The position numbers were made by a program, and so were the translations under genes. Below are positions 8,034-14,399 of a stretch of DNA of 64,000 nucleotides, piece after piece. This stretch comes from an uncultured Candidatus Saccharibacteria bacterium. Lineage in GTDB: Bacteria > Patescibacteriota > Saccharimonadia > Saccharimonadales > 2-12-FULL-41-12. Numbering within the stretch: position 1 is the stretch's first letter; each line of letters begins with the position of its first letter. The DNA lies in contig CAZFPJ010000002.1 of assembly GCA_964521095.1 (NCBI GenBank), forward strand, positions 149,108 through 213,107, written 5' to 3'. Below the pieces are notes generated by a model. It made no database searches, was not told the origin of the DNA, and saw only the letters and a program-made list of their open reading frames with translations.

Positions 8034-10625
8034 TTAGCGGAGGCTAATCGTGGTGTCGTTTTCTAGGGAGCCAGTTTGTTCGGTTGGCCGAGGTTTAGTT
8101 TGAGTAGATTTAGCTTTTTCTACGATAGCGCTACCCATGAGTAACTTCTTTTTATTGGTGGTTTTGCGTCGTCTGGTTCGTTTCTTCTTTGTAGCTACCG
8201 TAGCCTCGCTAGGGTCGTGCTCTTGCTTTAGCTCTTTGTCACCCAAGGTTTCTGGGTTATAGGCTGGCTTGTCTGCTTTTACGGGTTTAACTACAGAGGT
8301 GGGCGTAGAGGGGGTTTGCTTGGGGGTTGGCATCTTTTTGTCTCCCAATCCATGACGGTTATGAATATAGCCCTCTACCTCTGTTACAGACAAGGCATAT
8401 TTACGACGGCTTTGGTCTATGATTGCTTCCGAAAAGTCTTCGGAAAAAGGGGATAAGTCTGTAGTAGTAGCCGAAAAAGCCTGCACTTTTTCGCCAGCAA
8501 TAGTCATGCTGATGACAAAATTGCGATTATGCATATGCACCAGGTCGTGTTCGACAAATTTTGGTTCAAAATATTTTAACATAGTTCTGGCATCATCTGC
8601 GCTGGTTCGAAAAGATATAATAGACCCAACATTTCCAAAAACAGCGTCTTTCACGCTCTGCATCATCTGGGCGATGTATTGGTTAGCGACAGTCAGGTTT
8701 AGTCCATATTTTCGGGCTTCGGACAAGATAGTAGCGAACGAATCGGTGGCAAAGTTTTGGAATTCGTCTACATAAAGATAAAACGGCTTACGGTCTTGCA
8801 CGGGGATGTCGGCTCGGCTCATAGCCGCCATCTGTATTTTTGTAACCATCAATGCACCCAAAAGGCCGGCGTTATCTTCGCCAATTAGCCCTCTAGACAG
8901 GTTAACCACCAATATTTTTTGGCCATCCATAATCTCGCGGATATTAAAACCGCCCTTTGGCTGACCGATGATGTTCCTCACCAAGGGGTTGGCGGTAAAA
9001 GCGCCAACTTTGTTTAGAACCGGAGCAACTGCTTCGGCGGCAAATTTGTCGTTCCAGCTGGCAAATTCTACAGTCCAAAAGTTGCGCACCACGGGGTCAT
9101 TAACATGCTCTAGTACTTCATTTCGGAATTTTTTATCTGTTAATATTCGGGTTATGTCCAGCATGGTAGCATCGGGGTAGTCGAGTAAGGCTAGTATGCT
9201 ATAGCGCAAAATATACTCTAGCCTTGGCCCCCAAGAGTCAAACATGCGCTTTAAGACACCGATTAACTCAGAGCAGGCATGAGTACGGAGTTTCGGATCA
9301 CTCACCTCTAAGGGGTTAAACCCTATAGGATAGTCGCTGTCTGAAGGGTTGAAATAAACCACATCATTAACTCTGTTTGCGGGGATTCGTCTTAAAACAT
9401 TCAACGCATAGTCACCGTGAGGGTCGATTACTGCTATGCCTTGTCCAGAGAGGATGTCGGCAGTGGTTAAAAGTTCTAGTAGACCAGATTTTCCAGCGCC
9501 AGTTTGACCAATTATATACAGATGACGACCCCTGTCGCTCCTTGGCATACCAAACAGTGTATTGTGTCCTCTAAAGTTGGTGTTGGCCATCATGCTGACC
9601 TCTGAAGATTGCTTGATCGGCAGGTTAGCTGGCGGTTCGGCTGTGGTGGCATTGGCCCAGAGTATATTTGGCGTTTCTACATTGGCGTGAGGCAGATGAT
9701 ACAGGCTAGCCAACTCCTCAATATTGAGTGTCATCGAGCGCTTGCCGATAAGGCGATTTTGGTAGGCCCTTACCCCTGTTGCTCCAGAGATAGTTTTGTT
9801 GGCCATAAAACCATTTAGATAAGTAGAATTAAACTGTTTAAAACCAGCAACTATAGACTGCAGGCGCATTCGAGCATGGTCTGGGGAATTTTTGCCAGAA
9901 TATACGATCCGCACCGTAGCGCTGTATGCCAGCTTGTGGCTCTTTTCCTCTGCTCCAGAGGCACGGGCAGACTCGTGTTCGGCTAGTTTTGGTGCTGTAC
10001 CCGCCTTTTGCTCTGGTGGCGCGCTAAGAGCTCCTAGCAAGCCCACATAACTACTACTGCTACCACCACCGGCGGTTCGTATATTTTGGGCATATCGCTC
10101 GCTTTTTTTGTACCAACCGCTTTGTGCGGGCCGTACGACTACTTGTATCCAGGCGTCTTCGTCTTCGGCAAATTGAGCCAGACTGGCAGTAATAGCTGCC
10201 AATGGGTCTACCTCGAAGCTAGGGAAGGTTTTAATCGGCAACGGGTCTGGTGCAATCAGCTTAAGCTCGGTCGACACATACTGTGACCCCTGTTTTTGGT
10301 CTTTTGAATAATCTTGAACTTCCGAGATATGAACATTAGGATACTGAGCATATATTTGGTCTTGAATGTATTGTTTTAGACGAGTTGGGCACCAAACAAA
10401 GAAGTTAATCCGGCCATCTACAACGGCTATCTCAAAACTAATTTGATCATGGTTAACAGATGTAAACAGGCCTGTAGATTGCTTGGTAAGTAGTCCGTGT
10501 ATTGCAGCGAGCATTTGTTCGGCGGCTAGTTCCTTTTTTTCATTATTTCGGGGTACTTGGAGCAATAAAACAGAGGTTTTTTCGGATATAACAGCTTGCT
10601 TTTTCTTAAATATCATTATTTGCAA
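8034..10625 (-). CDS. VirD4/TraG-like (type IV coupling protein family) P-loop ATPase with long N-terminal domain and basic C-terminal tail
   Basis: 863 aa. Walker A IIGQTGAGKSGLLE, Walker B PFYLYVDEFQNF, tail ATKKKRTRRRKTTNKKK. No other T4SS genes in the window. Confidence 0.7.
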   Translation of the reverse strand: MQIMIFKKKQAVISEKTSVLLLQVPRNNEKKELAAEQMLAAIHGLLTKQSTGLFTSVNHDQISFEIAVVDGRINFFVWCPTRLKQYIQDQIYAQYPNVHISEVQDYSKDQKQGSQYVSTELKLIAPDPLPIKTFPSFEVDPLAAITASLAQFAEDEDAWIQVVVRPAQSGWYKKSERYAQNIRTAGGGSSSSYVGLLGALSAPPEQKAGTAPKLAEHESARASGAEEKSHKLAYSATVRIVYSGKNSPDHARMRLQSIVAGFKQFNSTYLNGFMANKTISGATGVRAYQNRLIGKRSMTLNIEELASLYHLPHANVETPNILWANATTAEPPANLPIKQSSEVSMMANTNFRGHNTLFGMPRSDRGRHLYIIGQTGAGKSGLLELLTTADILSGQGIAVIDPHGDYALNVLRRIPANRVNDVVYFNPSDSDYPIGFNPLEVSDPKLRTHACSELIGVLKRMFDSWGPRLEYILRYSILALLDYPDATMLDITRILTDKKFRNEVLEHVNDPVVRNFWTVEFASWNDKFAAEAVAPVLNKVGAFTANPLVRNIIGQPKGGFNIREIMDGQKILVVNLSRGLIGEDNAGLLGALMVTKIQMAAMSRADIPVQDRKPFYLYVDEFQNFATDSFATILSEARKYGLNLTVANQYIAQMMQSVKDAVFGNVGSIISFRTSADDARTMLKYFEPKFVEHDLVHMHNRNFVISMTIAGEKVQAFSATTTDLSPFSEDFSEAIIDQSRRKYALSVTEVEGYIHNRHGLGDKKMPTPKQTPSTPTSVVKPVKADKPAYNPETLGDKELKQEHDPSEATVATKKKRTRRRKTTNKKKLLMGSAIVEKAKSTQTKPRPTEQTGSLENDTTISLR

Positions 10626-10710
10626 TTATAACACCTGTAGAAGTCATAAAAAAGACTAAGCATAATCTCTTTGAACAGAGAAAGTAATTTTAATATGCTT
10701 AACCATAATA

Positions 10711-10739
10711 TTGACAAATTATAATATTTATGCTAAATT
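10711..10739 (+). promoter_or_regulatory. sigma70-like promoter (TTGACA-17nt-TAAATT); its -35 overlaps a divergent TTGTCA -35 on the minus strand
   Basis: TTGACA at 10711-10716, a 17-nt spacer, TAAATT at 10734-10739. On the minus strand, TTGTCA-16nt-TATTAA faces the VirD4-like gene. Confidence 0.4.
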
Positions 10740-11000
10740 GTATAGTGAAATCGTATTCCGCGGTGGGGTGGAGCTCACAAGGGACCGATCGCAGGTTAAC
10801 AATTTGGTAAATTAACGAACTAATACTCGAACAGTCGAGGTTAGCTCGTCTAGTTTGTAGAAATATAAATATGCAAACTAGGTAGTCATGGGTCTTTAAG
10901 TATTTAGAGCTTGCTTCCCAGCAGTGCTCCTTAAATCGCACCCAAACCGACTATTACAATACGAAAACAAGCTATGTAGTTTTTCTAGCAAAACGATATC

Positions 11001-11028
11001 TCGCTTGATTTTTTGGCAGAACACTTTG
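11001..11028. repeat. left imperfect direct repeat bounding the GC-rich island (TCGCTT-N12-GAACACTTTG)
   Basis: TCGCTT at 11001-11006 and GAACACTTTG at 11019-11028 recur at 12762-12767 and 12776-12785. Confidence 0.6.
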
Positions 11029-11050
11029 GTGATAAACACTTGTCGCCCGA

Positions 11051-11071
11051 GGTGTTCTGTCAAAGAACACC
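11051..11071. promoter_or_regulatory. perfect 8-bp stem palindrome GGTGTTCT-N5-AGAACACC upstream of the island gene (operator-like)
   Basis: Read directly from the sequence. The GAACAC/GTGTTC motif also occurs at 11019, 12738 and 12776. Confidence 0.4.
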
Positions 11072-11140
11072 AAAAAGCGTGATATCGATCTGATCAATCG
11101 GTTTCACTAAAACCCAGCCATCATCGGGAGGTGATAGCTC

Positions 11141-12415
11141 ATGATCAAGAGGAAAACAGTAACCCTGATCGCACTTGTCACCTTCATGGTGGCTGGTATG
11201 GTCTTCAGCGCAGGAGTGGCCTCAGCCAACTCTGTCGGTCAATGTAATGTCTACCCGGGCAACACGGTGACTTCGGTCTCCGAGCTGCTGAGCGTTCTCC
11301 GCAAGGAGCGCGTGACAGGGCAGGCGAAAAAGGTGTTCCGTTCTGCGGGATACCACCCCACCGACCAGTCGCTCCGGCAGTGGATGGGGCAACGAGTCAT
11401 TCGTGCTCGCTCGCACCGTTCGTTTCGCGCAGTCGACTATGGTTGTCGCAATGGACGACTCTTCTCTGTGGGGACTCGTTCCTACGGCAGAGGCAAGTCG
11501 ATCTTCGTGGCTCTTCCCAAGGCATACGCCAAGGGAGACTTCCGCACTCGCAGGAGTGGGAGCTACAACAAGAAGATCGTCATTCGCGTCCGGGCAATTG
11601 CCCTGTCAGATTGTGGAAACCCCGTCAAGGGATCTACCACGATCGTGATTTGGGTCAAGGGCCACAAGTTGCCACCGCCGCCGGTTAAGCCACCGAACGG
11701 TGATGGAGGACAGGTTGTCGTTTGTCAGACGGGGTATATCCTTGTCGGCAACACTTGCGTACAGCAAGTGATAACCTGTTCGGCTGGATTCGTACTGAAT
11801 GCACAAGGAAACTGCGTGCAACAGACAAACCTGGCCCAGCAGAATTGTGAAGCGCAAGGGGGTTCGTACAATACGATCACCAACTTGTGCACCATCATCC
11901 AGGTGACCGGCAATTGTTCGAATATAACCGTGATAAACGGTTCGAACAACGTCGTGGAAGTTCGACAAGAGGGGAACTGCAACAGCAGTACTCCGCCACC
12001 GCCAGCTCAGTGCCCCGATGGGAGTCTCGTGCCTCCATCTGGTATCTGCGATCGTCCACCGACGATCATGCATATTGGGCAAACGGCGCACACTATGCCA
12101 GGAAACTGGAGGTATGTGTGGTTCCGGGTAACGGATCCTGACGGCGACGGCGTTGATTCATTCAACATCGTTGGCTCGAGCCCATATGCTCACCTCGTCG
12201 TTAACGGCGAAGTTAGCATGGTGCCGGGTGATACAGGAGAAGTCCCGTGTCCGACAGGTTCGCAGTGCTTTCGCGCTACGCTCTGGGCAGACTATGTACC
12301 CGCAGGTACTGGTCCAGAAGGAGTTCAGGCAGAGTTCACTGCAATTGCATCGGCAGGTGGCAAGGACGCCAATCCGCTCCCGCTGAGTTTCACCATCATT
12401 CCGGTGATTCCTTAG
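11141..12415 (+). CDS. secreted Cys- and Pro-rich protein of unknown function (compositionally foreign)
   Basis: Strong SD GGGAGGTGA 8 nt upstream. Signal peptide ...VFSAGVASA/NS. Duplicated motif C.(T/A)G(Y/F).L....CVQQ, PPPPVKPP and TPPPPAQCP linkers. G+C visibly higher than the flanks. Confidence 0.75.
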   Translation: MIKRKTVTLIALVTFMVAGMVFSAGVASANSVGQCNVYPGNTVTSVSELLSVLRKERVTGQAKKVFRSAGYHPTDQSLRQWMGQRVIRARSHRSFRAVDYGCRNGRLFSVGTRSYGRGKSIFVALPKAYAKGDFRTRRSGSYNKKIVIRVRAIALSDCGNPVKGSTTIVIWVKGHKLPPPPVKPPNGDGGQVVVCQTGYILVGNTCVQQVITCSAGFVLNAQGNCVQQTNLAQQNCEAQGGSYNTITNLCTIIQVTGNCSNITVINGSNNVVEVRQEGNCNSSTPPPPAQCPDGSLVPPSGICDRPPTIMHIGQTAHTMPGNWRYVWFRVTDPDGDGVDSFNIVGSSPYAHLVVNGEVSMVPGDTGEVPCPTGSQCFRATLWADYVPAGTGPEGVQAEFTAIASAGGKDANPLPLSFTIIPVIP

Positions 12416-12761
12416 TGACAGCGTAAAAAAATGTGCAAGATGACCAACGGTCAACTAACAGGGCAAGTAGATTCCCGAAACATGGTATTCATACCAAACC
12501 TCGGATAGAAATCTGCGACGCGCTCTAAAAGATCACGGTGATCTTGCACTACATAGTTTTATGGTACATTTCCCGACGGGGGGAGGACGAGGACCAGTCG
12601 ATTAACTCGGCTTGGACTGGTTCTGGGTAATGTACTTTTCGATAACCTCCGGCTGGTTAAGCTAGTTTAGCTTTAGAGCAGGATGCTCTGGCAACTAGCT
12701 TCCAGTTGGGAGGAGAGTTGTAGTCGGTTGTGGGCAGGTGTTCACGAAGATCTAGCGTATT

Positions 12762-12785
12762 TCGCTTTTTCTGTCGAACACTTTG
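12762..12785. repeat. right imperfect direct repeat bounding the GC-rich island (TCGCTT-N8-GAACACTTTG)
   Basis: Matches the left copy at 11001-11028; 10 nt exact plus 6 nt exact. Confidence 0.6.
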
Positions 12786-12963
12786 CCCCGCCGGCTGCTT
12801 CTTTATTTTTTGTTGAGCTTTTTAGCTCCAAATTATTTAGAAGCAGCCAATACACCATATATTTTTCAGTTTTCCTTGAAGACACGATGACTACTTAGTT
12901 TGTAATAAGTTTTTAGCAAAATATTAACCTAAATTTTAATTTTAAGAAGAGAGGAATACTTAT

Positions 12964-13632
12964 ATGAATAAATTAAGTAAACTTTTTATGCTTGCTGTAG
13001 CTACTTCGACGCTGGCTTTTAGCGGTGTTGCATCGGCTGCTCAAGTAGACGGCGGTAATATCTATTACTCGCAAAATGTAACTCAAAATAGCGCGTTTGG
13101 TGATCCAACCTCTGCTAACCCATGTGACACAGTATTGTACAGGGTTCGTTTGCATAACGGTGGCCCAGAAGTACTAGATAATGTTAATGTGCGGATTGAC
13201 ATGCCTTCTAACGAAGGTACTAGTTTTAGCTCTACAGCTACAACTACTGCAAGCAACGGTGTTCCAGCTGTAGTTAGCGATACTGCTTCTGTGACTTCGT
13301 CTGCTACAACTCGAATTAGCTTTGTGCCAGGTAGCGCCCAGCTACTCGATGCCAATCATGGTGTCATCTCATCTTTATCAGACAGTCTTGTGACTACTGG
13401 TGTTGATGTTGGTAGTGTTGGTGTTTCGACTCAACAGATTCGTTTTGTTCAGTTTAGGGCTTCTTTAAGCTGCCCTACAACTCCTCCAGAGACTCCAGAA
13501 AACCCTGGTGTTCCTACTCCAGAAACTCTTCCAGAGACTGGTGCAGGTAACGCAGTTGCAGTTTTTGTTGCTGTTACTGCTGTAAGTACGCTTGCTTACT
13601 CTGTTGTTTCTAGGCGTTTGAGTCGTCAGTAA
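12964..13632 (+). CDS. LPXTG-anchored cell-surface protein (sortase substrate)
   Basis: SD AGAGAGGAA. Signal peptide ...FSGVASA/AQ. C-terminal sorting signal LPETG plus a hydrophobic stretch plus RRLSRQ. Confidence 0.85.
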   Translation: MNKLSKLFMLAVATSTLAFSGVASAAQVDGGNIYYSQNVTQNSAFGDPTSANPCDTVLYRVRLHNGGPEVLDNVNVRIDMPSNEGTSFSSTATTTASNGVPAVVSDTASVTSSATTRISFVPGSAQLLDANHGVISSLSDSLVTTGVDVGSVGVSTQQIRFVQFRASLSCPTTPPETPENPGVPTPETLPETGAGNAVAVFVAVTAVSTLAYSVVSRRLSRQ

Positions 13633-13760
13633 TTTGCCTGTGGATAAACCACTAGCAAAAAGCACTCAGTTGTGCTATGGTATCAAGTAGTTTAACTACT
13701 ATGAGCACTGACTGACCGCTCTAACAACAAACTAAACAAAAATCTTTAAAATAGAACTAG

Positions 13761-13806
13761 AATCCCTCGGGGTAGTGGCGGGAGCTATTGCCTTGGGGGA
13801 TTTTTA
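13761..13806 (+). terminator. possible intrinsic terminator after the LPXTG gene
   Basis: AATCCCTC...long loop...GGGGGATT followed by TTTTT. The loop is unusually large. Confidence 0.4.
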
Positions 13807-13874
13807 TTGTTCAAGAATTTGTAGAAACACCCCTGTTAATGATATGATTAGCGGGTTAACTTTTCTGTTTAGAC

Positions 13875-14044
13875 GGCCCCATCGTGCAGGCGGCTAGGAC
13901 ACCGGGTTTTCACTTTTGCAATAGGGTGAAAACTGCCAGTGGCAGTTTGCAAGGAAACCTTCCGATGAAAGCTATGCTTTCAATAGCGAAGTTTCGGGCT
14001 CGCCGGAGGTGAGTCGATTCCGAATCGAACCAGCCTTGAGGTAT
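13875..14044 (+). pseudogene. tRNA-Glu-like sequence interrupted by a 104-nt structured insert (element copy A, 13918-14021), with degenerate anticodon stem and acceptor 3' strand
   Basis: The 5' half, GGCCCCATCGT..GGCTAGGACACCGGGTTTTCA, is nearly identical to the real tRNA-Glu downstream. After CAATAGGG the insert follows, then GAGTCGATTCC, a 12-nt extra segment and CCTTGAGGTA (versus CCTTGGGGTC). Confidence 0.55.
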
Positions 14045-14066
14045 ACTAAACAAACTATAGTTAGAC

Positions 14067-14141
14067 GGCCCCATCGTCTAACGGCTAGGACACCGGGTTT
14101 TCATCCCGGCAATAGGGGTTCGATTCCCCTTGGGGTCACCA
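14067..14141 (+). tRNA. tRNA-Glu (anticodon UUC), CCA encoded
   Basis: Manual cloverleaf: acceptor GGCCCCA/TGGGGTC, anticodon stem CCGGG/CCCGG with loop TTTTCAT, T-arm AGGGG-TTCGATT-CCCCT, then ACCA. Confidence 0.95.
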
Positions 14142-14150
14142 ATCTAAAAC

Positions 14151-14174
14151 GCTCACCTTTATGGTGGGCTTTTT
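14151..14174 (+). terminator. intrinsic terminator after tRNA-Glu
   Basis: GCTCACC-TTTAT-GGTGGGC followed by TTTTT. Confidence 0.7.
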
Positions 14175-14194
14175 AGATTGATTGTGTCATCGAA

Positions 14195-14325
14195 CACCTA
14201 TTGTCGTGGCAATAGGGTGAGATATGCCGGTGGCATATCGCAAGGAAACCTTCTCTTGAAAACTGGTTTTCAAAGATGAAGTTTCGGGCTCGCCGGAGGT
14301 GAGTCGATTCCCCTTGGGGTCACCA
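14195..14325 (+). ncRNA. structured element copy B (core 14209-14311) fused to an intact tRNA-Glu 3' end (…GATTCCCCTTGGGGTCACCA)
   Basis: Aligns with copy A over ~103 nt. The two internal hairpins differ by four compensatory base-pair substitutions. There is no 5' acceptor strand, so it is not a tRNA. Confidence 0.55.
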
Positions 14326-14332
14326 AGAAAAC

Positions 14333-14359
14333 GCCCAACCGTAAAAGGTTGGGTTTTTT
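14333..14359 (+). terminator. intrinsic terminator / possible attenuator upstream of pyk
   Basis: GCCCAACC-GTAAAA-GGTTGGG followed by TTTTTT, 40 nt before the pyk ATG. Confidence 0.75.
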
Positions 14360-14399
14360 CTTGCTCAGAGGTAGCATAAGCGGTTACACTAGTAGTAAT

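Noticed and set aside
10699-10941. An 80-aa minus-strand ORF in the VirD4-island spacer
   Set aside because: It has no SD, is Cys/Ile-rich with odd composition, and overlaps the predicted promoter and inverted repeats.
11019-11070. A LexA/Cheo-type SOS box (GAAC-N4-GTTC)
   Set aside because: The GAACAC/GTGTTC half-sites are spaced N5-N31 and in the wrong orientation for the GAAC-N4-GTTC consensus. They are kept only as an unnamed operator-like motif.
11222-12454. Eight additional 64-161-aa ORFs on both strands overlapping the island gene
   Set aside because: They are shadow ORFs caused by high G+C and low stop density. They have no SD sequences, and only the 11141-12415 frame has a signal peptide, a strong SD and coherent repeat architecture.
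12683-12898. A 71-aa plus-strand ORF
   Set aside because: It lies entirely within the hairpin-dense spacer, with no SD or recognisable motif.
13961-13990. A hammerhead-like core (CCGATGA-AAGC..GCTT-..CGAAG) in element copy A
   Set aside because: The CUGAUGA-like bases are not conserved in copy B (TCTTGAA), whereas the helix itself is. A ribozyme core would be the conserved part.
13875-14044. An intron-containing (group I) functional tRNA-Glu
   Set aside because: The insert is only ~104 nt and lies in the T-arm region, not the anticodon loop. The anticodon stem 3' strand (CTTTTG versus CCCGG) and the acceptor 3' strand (TGAGGTA) no longer pair, and no P3-P7-like core is visible.
13918-14311. 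A CRISPR array (repeated ~100-nt units)
   Set aside because: There are only two copies. They are far longer than CRISPR repeats, internally structured, diverged by compensatory changes and separated by a tRNA gene. No cas genes are in the window.
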